Part shown: one piece after another, positions 1-8,716 of the stretch
How the letters are laid out: every line of letters starts with the position of its first letter
Position numbering within the stretch: position 1 is the first letter of the stretch
Assembly: GCA_963798195.1 (NCBI GenBank)
Contig: CAWCSF010000005.1
Span: 9,725 to 73,724, forward strand
Length of the DNA: 64,000 nucleotides
Direction: 5' to 3'
Source: an uncultured Alphaproteobacteria bacterium
Lineage (GTDB): Bacteria > Pseudomonadota > Alphaproteobacteria > Rhizobiales > Kaistiaceae
Position numbers and translations under genes: made by a program
The notes under the pieces: model-generated
The model's input: the letters and a program-made list of their open reading frames with translations, nothing else
What the model was told of the DNA's origin: nothing
Database searches by the model: none

Positions 1-662
1 TACCCGCCGCCGCTGGCCAGGCTATCGGCGACACCGTGCGCCATGTCAGCGGCCGCGCCGGCGGCATCGCTTGCCATGTGCGCAGCGGAGGATCCGACTT
101 TGCCTGCCGCGTCTCCGATCTGATGGCCGGCATCGGACGCCATATCCTGCGCGGCCGCGACACCGTCGCGAAGGTGATCGGCAACGGAATGCCCGGCTGA
201 CGCAGCGTAATCCTCGGCAGCGCCGACGGCACCCGCGGCCGCGGCTCCCGCTCGCTGGGCGGAATGCTTGACCGCCGATCCAGCGGCGTGAACACCTGCC
301 GAGGCCGATTCACCGATGCCGCCGGTGTGCCTGTCCGGAGCAAATGTCGACCGGCCATACGCCTGCCCGGCGGGGTAGCCCGCGCCTGGGGCGGTCGTAT
401 CCTTCCGCCCCTTGCCGGTCATGAACATGGCGGCGCCAACACCCACGAGCAGCGTCGGGATCGGATTTTCCGCCGCGGCATTGCCGAGGCTCTTGAGGAA
501 CCGTGTGCCGCCCGTCCGGGAGTAGGACAAGAGCTCGTCGACGACGCGCCCCGCCGTCAGATTGTCGGCAAGCTCGTCCAGCGTCGAGGACAGCCGCTGC
601 CGGGTCTCGGCCGCGCGGCGCTCGTAATCGCGCGGGGAGGCATGGTCGGTAACGGTTGTCAT
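1..662 (-). CDS. DUF3618-like protein, C-terminal part cut by window edge
   Basis: Absent from the ORF track because there is no stop in the window. My translation from the ATG at 662-660 reads MTTVTDHASPRDYERRAAETRQRLSSTLDELADNLTAGRVVDELLSYSRTGG..., then a TM-like IPTLLVGVGAAMFM and an Ala/Gly/His-rich tail. The start overlaps the upstream stop as ATGA (659-662). Confidence 0.55.
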   Translation of the reverse strand, partial: MTTVTDHASPRDYERRAAETRQRLSSTLDELADNLTAGRVVDELLSYSRTGGTRFLKSLGNAAAENPIPTLLVGVGAAMFMTGKGRKDTTAPGAGYPAGQAYGRSTFAPDRHTGGIGESASAGVHAAGSAVKHSAQRAGAAAAGAVGAAEDYAASAGHSVADHLRDGVAAAQDMASDAGHQIGDAAGKVGSSAAHMASDAAGAAADMAHGVADSLASGGG

Positions 663-1054
663 GTCAGGTGCTCCTTGACGGTGGTGAAGTCAGCGCCGAG
701 CTGATCGAGAGTTTTTTGGGGGACGAGCGTGGTGCCGCGCAGAATGCCGATACCGCGCATCACGACGACAATGCCGATGACGCCGACGACAAGACCGACG
801 AGCAGAAGACCCCATTGCTCCGGCAGGCCGGCGACCGCAAGCCACGCCACAACCGCCTGGAGCAAGAGGAAGAGCGCCGCGATTCCCGCGACCGCTCCCA
901 TCACGAGCAGTGTCGCCGCCGTCGCAACATTTGAGATCTTCTGGTTGAACTCTGCGCGAACCAGCCGGATTTCCGTCTGGAAAAGTTGGGTCATCTCATC
1001 GATGACATCAGTCACCAGATGAAGAATCGACCGCCGATCCTGAGACTGTCGCAT
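659..1054 (-). CDS. YqjE-like inner-membrane protein (Phage_holin_3_6 / DUF1469 family)
   Basis: ORF 659..1117 trimmed to the internal Met (MRQSQDRRSILHLVTDVIDEMTQLFQTEIRLVRAEF...). Two long hydrophobic helices (ATLLVMGAVAGIAALFLLL, LLLVGLVVGVIGIVVVM). Lies 4 nt after the upstream gene. Confidence 0.7.
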   Translation of the reverse strand: MRQSQDRRSILHLVTDVIDEMTQLFQTEIRLVRAEFNQKISNVATAATLLVMGAVAGIAALFLLLQAVVAWLAVAGLPEQWGLLLVGLVVGVIGIVVVMRGIGILRGTTLVPQKTLDQLGADFTTVKEHLT

Positions 1055-1058
1055 GGGC

Positions 1059-1661
1059 TCAACTCCGCCCGATCGGCCGATTGCGGGTCGGCGCGGCGGC
1101 AGTCGTGGAAGGCGCATGGCTCTTCAGCAGCCGCGATACCGCAAAGCCGGCGACGGCGGCCCCGGCAAAGAAGGTCCAAGGCTGCCTGTGCGCGACATCG
1201 ACTGCCTTGTGCATCAGGTCCTGAACGCTGCGCTCGCGGATGTCGTCAGAGAAACTGTCGAGCCCGCGCGCCGCGCTACGGAAACGGCCGGCAACCTGGG
1301 GCGACTGTCCTTCGAGTTCCCGGGCCGCGACCGTGATCGCCTTGGCCACGGCGTGCAGGGCATCAGCACCGCGCACCTTCTGTTGTGCCGCGGTATCGCT
1401 GAGCTCATCGCCGATGTGTGAAGCGATGTCAGACGCCTGAGCCGTCGCGGCGCTGAGCACGGATTTCGCGGCGTGACCGGCGATATCGCCGAAGTCACTC
1501 GTTACGTCCGAAATCGCTTCCTTGCTTTCGCCCAGAGGACCCTTGTCGCTACCAGGCTTCCGATCGCTGGCGGAACGAAGCCCGCTTTCGGATGAGCGGA
1601 ATGTGCGGTCGTCTCTCGAGCCGGACGATTGTGTGCGCGGATCGCTCGTCGGATTTGCCAT
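1059..1661 (-). CDS. DUF883/ElaB/YqjD-like tail-anchored stress protein
   Basis: ORF 1059..1730 trimmed to MANPTSDPRTQ... Disordered Ser/Asp-rich N-terminus, a helical middle, and the C-terminal anchor PWTFFAGAAVAGFAVSRLLK typical of DUF883 proteins. Confidence 0.55.
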   Translation of the reverse strand: MANPTSDPRTQSSGSRDDRTFRSSESGLRSASDRKPGSDKGPLGESKEAISDVTSDFGDIAGHAAKSVLSAATAQASDIASHIGDELSDTAAQQKVRGADALHAVAKAITVAARELEGQSPQVAGRFRSAARGLDSFSDDIRERSVQDLMHKAVDVAHRQPWTFFAGAAVAGFAVSRLLKSHAPSTTAAAPTRNRPIGRS

Positions 1662-1700
1662 GGAAGGACCTTTTCTTTTTTCGCCACCGGTCCTCGTCTC

Positions 1701-1725
1701 AATGCGCACTGCCACTGTCAGTTCC
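1701..1725 (-). promoter_or_regulatory. Candidate EcfG-type (general stress sigma) promoter
   Basis: The minus strand reads GGAAC-N16-CATT (plus-strand GTTCC at 1721-1725, AATG at 1701-1704), against the consensus GGAAC-N16/17-CGTT. It sits about 40 nt upstream of the ATG at 1661. Confidence 0.3.
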
Positions 1726-1872
1726 GCCAAGGGAGGCGTGGCCAGGAATAATTATTTCGTCGGCAAAAAAGGGAACCGAACGCACATTGCAAAATCGCCG
1801 ATGGCGGATGGTGGGAACCTGGATCGCGGACGAAACCGAACGACGCCGACCGCACCGGCTTTGATGACGGCG

Positions 1873-3123
1873 TCAGCGGGGCGCGCCGTCGTCTTCCTCG
1901 CGGCCGGTGATCAGTCGCGCCCCTGTCTGATAGGTCAGGTAGCGCCACAGCCACTGGGTCGCGACCAGCACCCGCTTGTCGAAACCGGCCAGCAGGTAAA
2001 TGTGGACGATCGCCCACATGAGCCAGCCGATGCGGCCCTTGAGGCGCCACGAACCGAAATCGAACACCGCCGCATCGCGGCCGATTACTGCCGTGTTGCC
2101 GCGATTGTGGAAGCGGAACGGCGGCATCGGTGTGCCCTCGAGGATGTTCGCGCGCAGCGCCTTGCCGAGATAGGCGCCTTGCTGATTGGCGACCTGCGCG
2201 AGTGCCGGCAATGGCTGGCCGGTTTCATCCAGCGCCAGCGCCGTGTCGCCGACGACAGAGATGCCCGGCATGCCGGGAATGGAGAGGTCCGGCCCGACGG
2301 CGATGCGCCCCGCCTTGTCGGCATCGATGCCGAGCCAGGCAGCCGCCGGCGATGCACGCACGCCGGCGCCCCATACGATGCAGCCTGCACGAACAACCTC
2401 GCCGGCCATGGTCACGCGTCCAGACTCGATTTTCTCCACGGCGGTATTGGTTCTGACCGTCACGCCGAGCCCGGCGAGCGCCTTCATGGCATAGGTCGAA
2501 AGGGCATCGGGAAAGGTGCTGAGCAGGCGCGGACCGGCTTCGACAAGAAGGATGCGGGCCTTGGTCGGATCGATGTTACGGAAATCGCGCCGCAGCGAAT
2601 ACCGGGCAAGCTCCGCGATCGAGCCGGCCATCTCCACGCCGGTCGGTCCGCCGCCGACGACGATCGTGGTGAGCAGGGCCTCCTGCTCTCGCGGGTCGGT
2701 GCAGGCTTCCGCGTGCTCGAAGGCACGCAACAGTCGCGCCCGGATCAGCCGCGCATCCTCTATCGAACGCGGTCCCGGCGCCGCGGCCGCCCAATCGTCG
2801 TGACCGAAATAGCTGTAGGCCGAGCCGGCAGCGATCACCAGCCGGTCGAAGCCGAGCGTACTCCCATCGGCGAGCCGCACCTGTCGGTCCTCGGGATCGA
2901 TACCGGTCACTTCGCCGAGCAGCACCTGGATGTTGTTCCAGCGGGCCAGCATCCGGCGGATCGGCTGGGCGATATCAGCGGGCGACAGGGCGGCAGTCGC
3001 CACCTGATAGAGCAGCGGCACAAAGAGGTGATAGTTGTTGCGGTCGATGACGGTGACGTCGATCGCAGCGCCGCCGAGCGCGCGGGCGCAGGGCAGACCG
3101 CCGAAGCCGGCGCCGACGATCAC
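1873..3123 (-). CDS. ndh: Type II NADH:quinone oxidoreductase (NDH-2)
   Basis: 416 aa. N-terminal GAGFGG dinucleotide fold and a second GGGPTGVE fold. IDRNNYHLFVPLLYQVATA is typical of NDH-2. GTG start, with an in-frame TGA 9 codons upstream. Confidence 0.9.
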   Translation of the reverse strand: MIVGAGFGGLPCARALGGAAIDVTVIDRNNYHLFVPLLYQVATAALSPADIAQPIRRMLARWNNIQVLLGEVTGIDPEDRQVRLADGSTLGFDRLVIAAGSAYSYFGHDDWAAAAPGPRSIEDARLIRARLLRAFEHAEACTDPREQEALLTTIVVGGGPTGVEMAGSIAELARYSLRRDFRNIDPTKARILLVEAGPRLLSTFPDALSTYAMKALAGLGVTVRTNTAVEKIESGRVTMAGEVVRAGCIVWGAGVRASPAAAWLGIDADKAGRIAVGPDLSIPGMPGISVVGDTALALDETGQPLPALAQVANQQGAYLGKALRANILEGTPMPPFRFHNRGNTAVIGRDAAVFDFGSWRLKGRIGWLMWAIVHIYLLAGFDKRVLVATQWLWRYLTYQTGARLITGREEDDGAPR

Positions 3124-3233
3124 AACATGGGGTCTGCGGGTGGGGAGTCATCTTGCGCGTGATCTCCGTTCTGCGCGGGCAGCCTATGCCAGCGCGAGCA
3201 GGCGCGGAAGGATTCGCCCGGTCTCGAAGGCCC

Positions 3234-4214
3234 TCAGCTTCTGGCGAGATCGACGATGCCGGCCGCGCCTTCCTCCGTGCCGAAAGCGAGCAGATTGCCG
3301 CGCGCGTTCCACGCCAGCGCCGACACGGGTCCATCGCCCGGACGCCGGAGCAACGCCTCCTCGGCATCGCCAAAGCGCACGGCGAGGATCATGCCGTCGC
3401 GGTAGCCGACCGCCACGACCTCGTCCTTCGGATGGCAGGCAACGCGCGTCACCGGCGCCTCGCGCGCGCCAAGCTGCAACGGCTGCCGGCCCATCGGCCC
3501 GTCCTTGTGATGGAACGGCCACAGGATGGCGGCATTGGCGCCGGACGATGCGAGGTAGCGACCCCTGGCAGACCATGACAGCGACCGCGGCTTCGCCGGG
3601 TAGCCAGTCATGCGCATGTCCTTGCCATCATCGAGCCGCCAGCCATGCAGCGCATTCTCCTGCATGGCGGTGACGACGTTGCGACCGTCGGGCGAAAATG
3701 TGATGCCGATATGCGCGCCCTTCCAGTCGAGCGAGACAGGCTCGGCCTGCGTGCCGACCCACCACAGCGTCACGCCGTCGTAGCGCGCGACGGCAAGGCG
3801 CAGGCCTTTCGGCGCGAAGGCGACGCCGCCAACCGCGCGGGAATGCTCGAAGCTGCGTTCGCGACCGTCGGCGAGTTTGGTGAACGCCACGCGGCCCGAC
3901 GCGAACGCCACCGCGCCGCCCGGGCCTGCTGCGACGTGATCGATCCACTTGCGCGGACGCGCGGCGATCTCGGTCACCGCGCCCGCCGCATCGGTGGCGG
4001 CAACGCGGCCATCGTCGCCGCCGGTGATCAGGCTCTTGCCGTCGAGCGAAACCGTGGCGGCCAGGATGGCGCCGTCATGGACCTTCGTTTCCTCGGCCGC
4101 GACGCCGCTGACCCGGCGCACCGTGCCATCGCCGAGCGCGAAGACAGCGGTCCCGCCGAGAAACGCCGTTTCGACAACGAAAGCGCCGAAGGGAAAATCC
4201 TGGATGGTCGGCAT
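3234..4214 (-). CDS. WD40 repeat protein
   Basis: ORF 3234..4298 trimmed to MPTIQDF (ATG 4214). Repeated beta-propeller blades (..SLDGKSLITGGDDGRV.., ..FSPDGRNVVTAMQENALHGWRL.., ..WSARGRYLASSGANAAILW..). Confidence 0.75.
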   Translation of the reverse strand: MPTIQDFPFGAFVVETAFLGGTAVFALGDGTVRRVSGVAAEETKVHDGAILAATVSLDGKSLITGGDDGRVAATDAAGAVTEIAARPRKWIDHVAAGPGGAVAFASGRVAFTKLADGRERSFEHSRAVGGVAFAPKGLRLAVARYDGVTLWWVGTQAEPVSLDWKGAHIGITFSPDGRNVVTAMQENALHGWRLDDGKDMRMTGYPAKPRSLSWSARGRYLASSGANAAILWPFHHKDGPMGRQPLQLGAREAPVTRVACHPKDEVVAVGYRDGMILAVRFGDAEEALLRRPGDGPVSALAWNARGNLLAFGTEEGAAGIVDLARS

Positions 4215-4386
4215 GCTGCTCCGCTTTGTCAGGTGAGGTTGGTGGATGGCGGGGCCGTTCGGTGGCCGCACATTCTTCGGCCGGGCCGAAAAGGGCAACC
4301 ATGAATCGACCGGTAATCAATTCGCCGGTCGATTGCCATCTCAGCCCGGTCGCCGGAGACACCGGCGTAACCGAAGGAAGCCTGTC

Positions 4387-4725
4387 ATGTCTACCACTCC
4401 CAAGACCAGTGCACCCCGCCGCAACGCGATGCTCGGCGCCGGAATCGTGGCCCTCTCGATTCTCGCCGCGCCGCTGTCCGCTTTGGCGGACGATCACTAC
4501 GCCGGCTATGCGTGGGAAGCCGAAATGGCCCGGATCCAGAACGGCGTTCAGCCGCCGAAATACGTGCCGGGCACGCACGCCTACGTGCCACCGCCCTCCG
4601 ATCCGGACGCTCCCTATGCAGGCCAGATCTGGGAGGCCGAAATGGCGCGCGTCCAGCACGGCATCCAGCCCCCGCCAAACCGGGCGAGCACCCTGCCCTA
4701 CGTCCCACCGGCGGATCCGGAATAA
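4387..4725 (+). CDS. Small secreted protein with an internal tandem repeat
   Basis: ORF 4246..4725 trimmed to MSTTPKTSAPRRNAMLGAGIVALSILAAPLSALA (signal-peptide-like). The mature part holds two copies of YAG.-WEAEMAR.Q.G.QPP...YVPP.DP. Confidence 0.55.
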   Translation: MSTTPKTSAPRRNAMLGAGIVALSILAAPLSALADDHYAGYAWEAEMARIQNGVQPPKYVPGTHAYVPPPSDPDAPYAGQIWEAEMARVQHGIQPPPNRASTLPYVPPADPE

Positions 4726-4774
4726 AGCAGTCAATTCGAGGAAGGGGAGGTGACTCCCCTTCCCCGAAAGACAT

Positions 4775-5734
4775 TCAGCAGGCGGCCGCGAGCTTGGCTC
4801 CGCCGGCCGCCTCCACCGCCGGGGTTGGCATGCCGTCGGCGCCGAGATTCTTCTGCATGAAATCGATGAATGCACTCACGACAGGCGGCCGCTGCCGGGT
4901 GCTGGAATGGTACAGATAGAATCCTGGGAGGACCGGAGCCCAGTCGTCGAGAATCGTGACCAGCCGTCCGTCCCCGGAAAACTTCCCGGCGACCTGCTGC
5001 GGCAGTTGCACGATGCCCACGCCGTCGAGGGCGGCATGGACCGCGAGGATCATGTCGTTGACGATCAGTGGCCCGGATGTAGCAACCTCGACCCGCTCGC
5101 CGTCGCGCTCGTAGATTGCCCGATGGAGCGAACCGTCCCACGGCACACGAAAGCGAATGGTCTTCAGCCCGGCGATGTCGTTCGGGTGGGCCGCACCGCC
5201 CGATCGTTCCAGATAGGCCGCCGACGCCACCGTAACGAGGCGGAACTGATCGGTCAGACGGATCGCGACCATGTCCATCTCGATTTGCGTGCCGACATGA
5301 ATGCCAGCGTCGAACCGGCCGCTGACGATCTCTGTATTCGAATCGTCCACGACGACCTCGAGGCTGATATCCGGATGCTGCTGGATAAAGCGGCCGACGA
5401 GCGGCCCGAGCATCATCATGGCGGGCATGCGCGCGACCTTGAGCCGCAGCGTCCCGATCGGGGACTCGCGGAAGGTGCTGACTGTCTGCACTGCGACGTC
5501 GACGCTGGCCAGCGCCGGCTGCAGGCTGGCCAGCAAACGCTCGCCGGCCTCGGTGACCGACACACTGCGCGTCGTGCGGTTGAGCAGCCGCACGCCGATG
5601 TTGGTTTCGAGGCTTTTGATGGCCTGACTGACAGTCGCCGCCGAGACGCCAAGATCGGCAGCCGCCTTGCTGAAGCTCAGCAGGCGGGCGACGGCCTCGA
5701 ACGTGGTCAGTTCCGCAAATTCATGTGCGCGCAC
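4775..5734 (-). CDS. LysR family transcriptional regulator
   Basis: N-terminal HTH FEAVARLLSFSKAAADLGVSAATVSQAIKSLE and a LysR substrate-binding body. The likely start is GTG at 5734 (VRAHEFAELTTF). The longer ORF to 5920 adds an Arg/Ala-rich extension that does not look like protein. Confidence 0.85.
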   Translation of the reverse strand: MRAHEFAELTTFEAVARLLSFSKAAADLGVSAATVSQAIKSLETNIGVRLLNRTTRSVSVTEAGERLLASLQPALASVDVAVQTVSTFRESPIGTLRLKVARMPAMMMLGPLVGRFIQQHPDISLEVVVDDSNTEIVSGRFDAGIHVGTQIEMDMVAIRLTDQFRLVTVASAAYLERSGGAAHPNDIAGLKTIRFRVPWDGSLHRAIYERDGERVEVATSGPLIVNDMILAVHAALDGVGIVQLPQQVAGKFSGDGRLVTILDDWAPVLPGFYLYHSSTRQRPPVVSAFIDFMQKNLGADGMPTPAVEAAGGAKLAAAC

Positions 5735-5828
5735 GATCCCGCCCGCCTTGATTCCGTCTGCACGAGATAGGCAGCCGTCAGCGCCCTTCAAGGCACCCCG
5801 GAGTAACCACGGAAGGGGGCGGCCGCCC

Positions 5829-6863
5829 TTACGCCATGCAGGCTTCGAAGCCGGCGCGGAGCGCCGCTTCGTCGAGCTTGCGGCCGATGAAGACCAGCCG
5901 GCTCTCTCGCTTCTCGGCATCCTTCCAGGCGCGCTGGTGGTTGCCCTCGATGATCATATGGACGCCCTGGACGACGTAACGCTCCGGATCGTCCTTGAAC
6001 GACAGGATGCCCTTCAGCCGCAGGATGTCCGGCCCCTGCTCCTGCGTGGTGCGCTCGATCCACGGGAAGAAGACGCGGGGGTCGAGGGTGCCGCCGCGCA
6101 GCGAGACGCTGTTCACGCCGGATGCCTCGATGTCGTGGTGGTGATGGTGATGCTCGTGATCGTGGTCATGGTCGTGGTCATGGTCATGATGATCGTGGTC
6201 ATGGTCATGATCGTGGCCGTCGAGGAATTCGGGATCGAGCGTCAGGATGCGATCCAGATCGAAAGCGCCGCGATCGAGCACGCGGTCGAGCGGGATGGCA
6301 CAGCGCTCCGTGCGATGGATGATCGCGTGCGGGTTCATGGCGCGGATGCTGCGCTCAACCGCGGCAAGCTGCTCCGGCGTCACCAGATCGGTCTTGTTGA
6401 GCAGGATGACATCGGCAAAGCCGATCTGCTCCTGCGCCTCGATGCTGTCGGCGAGACTCTCGGTCAGGTGCTTGGCATCGGCGATCGTGACCACCGCATC
6501 GAGCTTGGCCTTTGCCTTCACGTCGTCGTCCATGAAGAAGGTCTGGGCGACCGGAGCCGGGTCCGCGAGGCCAGTGGTCTCCACCAGTATGCCGTCGAAG
6601 CCGCCGGGCCGCTTCATCAGCCCCTCGACCACCCGGATGAGGTCGCCGCGCACGGTGCAGCAGATGCATCCGTTGTTCATCTCGAACACCTCCTCATCGC
6701 TTTCGACGATGAGGTCGTTGTCGATGCCGATCTCGCCGAACTCGTTGACGATGACCGCGTACTTCTTGCCGTGGTTCTCGCTCAGGATGCGGTTGAGAAG
6801 GGTCGTCTTGCCGGCACCGAGGTAGCCGGTGAGGACCGTGACGGGAATCTGGGTTTCGGGCAT
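5829..6863 (-). CDS. COG0523 (CobW/G3E family) GTPase metallochaperone with His-rich insert
   Basis: P-loop [15 protein letters not shown], metal motif [11 protein letters not shown], and the tract [28 protein letters not shown]. The ATG at 6863 is preceded by GGAGA. Confidence 0.9.
   Translation of the reverse strand: MPETQIPVTVLTGYLGAGKTTLLNRILSENHGKKYAVIVNEFGEIGIDNDLIVESDEEVFEMNNGCICCTVRGDLIRVVEGLMKRPGGFDGILVETTGLADPAPVAQTFFMDDDVKAKAKLDAVVTIADAKHLTESLADSIEAQEQIGFADVILLNKTDLVTPEQLAAVERSIRAMNPHAIIHRTERCAIPLDRVLDRGAFDLDRILTLDPEFLDGHDHDHDHDHHDHDHDHDHDHEHHHHHHDIEASGVNSVSLRGGTLDPRVFFPWIERTTQEQGPDILRLKGILSFKDDPERYVVQGVHMIIEGNHQRAWKDAEKRESRLVFIGRKLDEAALRAGFEACMA
6134..6218. repeat. Imperfect RTGRTC hexamer repeat encoding the His/Asp tract
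   Basis: cgtggtggtgatggtgatgctcgtgatcgtggtcatggtcgtggtcatggtcatgatgatcgtggtcatggtcatgatcgtgg. A coding low-complexity repeat inside the COG0523 gene. Confidence 0.7.
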
Positions 6864-7095
6864 GGCTGGAATCTCCACGGCGGTTCAAGGCCGCCGGCAA
6901 AGGGGGATCGGCGGCTGATATAGGCGATGACCGGCGGGAATGCACCTGCCGGTTGGAATTCGTTGCTATCCGTTTTCCCTACGCGCCGGTTAAGCGATGA
7001 CCGGGTTTTTCGGAGGTGCGATTAAGAAGGTGGGACCGCACCGCGAACGAAGCGCGTCCCAAACGACGACGAGCCGACTTCGTTAGCCAGCGCCG

Positions 7096-7626
7096 CTACG
7101 CCAGCGGCGGCTCCTTGAGCAGATCCTCCAGATCCAGCCACTCGGTCTTCATTGCCAATGAACCATCCGGGTTCATCGGCCACTGATCGCGCGGACGATC
7201 CCAGTAGAGCTCGACGCCGTTCTGGTCGGGGTCGCGAAGGTACAGCGCTTCGCTGACGCCATGGTCGCTGGCGCCATCGAGCGGAACGCCTGCCTTGATC
7301 AGGCGGCGGAGCGCATCGGCCAGAGCCGCCCGGGTCGGGTAAAGGATTGCCGAGTGATAGAGCCCGGTTGTGCCCCGCGGGGGCGGCGAACCGCCTTTGC
7401 TCTCCCAGGTGTTGATGCCGAAGTGGTGGTGATAGCCGCCGGCCGAAAAGAACGCCGCCTGGGTGCCGTAGCGCGCCATGAGCTGGAAGCCGAGCACGCC
7501 GCAATAGAAGGCCAGCGAGCGCTCGATGTCAGCGACCTTGAGATGGACGTGGCCGATCCGCACGCCGGAATCGATCGGCTTCACATCACTGACAACGGGC
7601 TTTTCGGCAAGGTTTGTGTCGGACAT
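7096..7626 (-). CDS. VOC family protein (glyoxalase/extradiol dioxygenase fold)
   Basis: ORF 7096..7857 trimmed to MSDTNLAEKP, with AGGAGGG 6 nt upstream. IGHVHLKVADIERSLAFYCGVLGF and SEALYLRDPDQNGVELYWDRP are typical VOC modules. Confidence 0.85.
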   Translation of the reverse strand: MSDTNLAEKPVVSDVKPIDSGVRIGHVHLKVADIERSLAFYCGVLGFQLMARYGTQAAFFSAGGYHHHFGINTWESKGGSPPPRGTTGLYHSAILYPTRAALADALRRLIKAGVPLDGASDHGVSEALYLRDPDQNGVELYWDRPRDQWPMNPDGSLAMKTEWLDLEDLLKEPPLA

Positions 7627-7761
7627 CGGTCCCTCCTGAACAGGATGCTGAATATAGGTGGCTTCCACGCCAGCGCCATTGCCGGCGTGGAAGATCAGGG
7701 CGGCGTTTGCCGCTGAGCTCCCGGTACCGCCGTGCGCTCGAGTGGTGCGCCCGTCGCCCGC

Positions 7762-7789
7762 TTGACATCCAAAGCTAATATCATTAGCT
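7762..7789 (+). promoter_or_regulatory. TTGACA -35 box plus a perfect palindrome AGCTAAT-ATC-ATTAGCT (candidate TetR operator)
   Basis: TTGACA at 7762-7767. A 7-3-7 inverted repeat at 7773-7789 overlaps the expected -10 position, about 35 nt upstream of the hydrolase-tetR operon start (7823). Confidence 0.45.
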
Positions 7790-7822
7790 ATTGGGCTACG
7801 ATAGATATCAAAGGAGATTCCG

Positions 7823-8716
7823 ATGTCCCGTGTTCCTGCCGCGCTGCTCGCCGCCACCGAGGCAATTTCTGGCGGCCGCGCCAGCGCGTCCGTGCCCGCA
7901 AACAGCCATTCCCTGGACGTTGCCGGGGGCCGGATTGCCTACACTGTCAGTGGCTCCGGGCCGCTCGTCATCATGGCGCCAAGCCTGGGAGACCTGAAGG
8001 AGGAGTACCGCTTCTTGGCTCCACGCCTGGCGCGATCAGGCTACCGCGTCGTCACCATGGACCTGCGGGGGCACGGCGAATCGTCAACCGGCTGGAACGA
8101 TTACACCTGCGCCGCGCTCGGCCGCGACATGCTGGCGCTGATCGCGCACCTCGACGCCGGCCCGGCGACGATCATCGGCACGTCGATGGCCGCCGGCGCC
8201 GCGGCGTGGGCGGCAGCCGAGTCGCCCGACGCCGTGGCAAAGCTCGTGCTGATCGGACCGTTCGTGCGCAACATTCCGATGCCGTGGTGGAAGCTGGCGC
8301 TGTTTCAGGTGCTGATGCACACGGCCTTCGCCGGCCCATGGGGACCGGCGGCCTGGGGCGCCTACTACGGCTCGCTCTACCCGACCCAGAAGCCGGAAGA
8401 TTTCGAAGCGTACAAGGCAACGCTGGTCGCGAACCTGAAGCAGTCCGGCCGCATGGCGGCCCTGCAGGCGATGATGCGAACCGACCGATCGGACGTCGAG
8501 CCGCGCCTCGGCGCGATCCAGGCCCCGACGCTGGTCATCATGGGCAGCAAGGACCCGGATTTCGATGACCCAGCGGCCGAAGCGGAGACCGTGGCGCGCC
8601 TGACCCATGGCCACGTACGGATGATCGAGGGCGCCGGCCACTACCCCCACGCCGAGATGCCGACGGCGACCGCGCCGGCCGTCCTCACCTTTCTCGCCGC
8701 GACCGGGACAAACTGA
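7823..8716 (+). CDS. Alpha/beta hydrolase
   Basis: 297 aa, SD AAAGGAG. The HGES..., GTSMAAG (nucleophile elbow G-x-S-x-G) and C-terminal GAGHYPH motifs fit an alpha/beta fold. Confidence 0.85.
   Translation: MSRVPAALLAATEAISGGRASASVPANSHSLDVAGGRIAYTVSGSGPLVIMAPSLGDLKEEYRFLAPRLARSGYRVVTMDLRGHGESSTGWNDYTCAALGRDMLALIAHLDAGPATIIGTSMAAGAAAWAAAESPDAVAKLVLIGPFVRNIPMPWWKLALFQVLMHTAFAGPWGPAAWGAYYGSLYPTQKPEDFEAYKATLVANLKQSGRMAALQAMMRTDRSDVEPRLGAIQAPTLVIMGSKDPDFDDPAAEAETVARLTHGHVRMIEGAGHYPHAEMPTATAPAVLTFLAATGTN

Noticed and set aside
659-1054. 'Phage holin' family gene as evidence of a prophage lysis cassette
   Set aside because: There is no endolysin, spanin, or any phage structural or integrase gene nearby. 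The context matches the bacterial yqjDEK-type stress operon, so the holin label is a family-name artefact.
1772-1838. Two further GGAAC motifs on the plus strand (1772-1776, 1814-1818) as EcfG promoters
   Set aside because: The downstream element at N16/17 is AATC/ATCG and ACCG rather than CGTT. They also point into the 3' end of ndh, with no gene to drive.
1522-3162. 546-aa plus-strand ORF
   Set aside because: It is antisense to the clearly homologous NDH-2 gene. Its Arg/Ala/Gly-rich composition is typical of mirror-strand ORFs in high-GC DNA, and it has no recognisable motifs.
6134-6218. Short tandem repeat array as a non-coding microsatellite or CRISPR-like element
   Set aside because: It lies in frame inside the COG0523 gene, where it encodes the His/Asp tract. 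It has no spacer-repeat structure.
6864-7095. Zur box upstream of the COG0523 gene
   Set aside because: I expected one and looked for an AT-rich palindrome but found none by eye. It is reported only as an absence to be checked with a matrix search.
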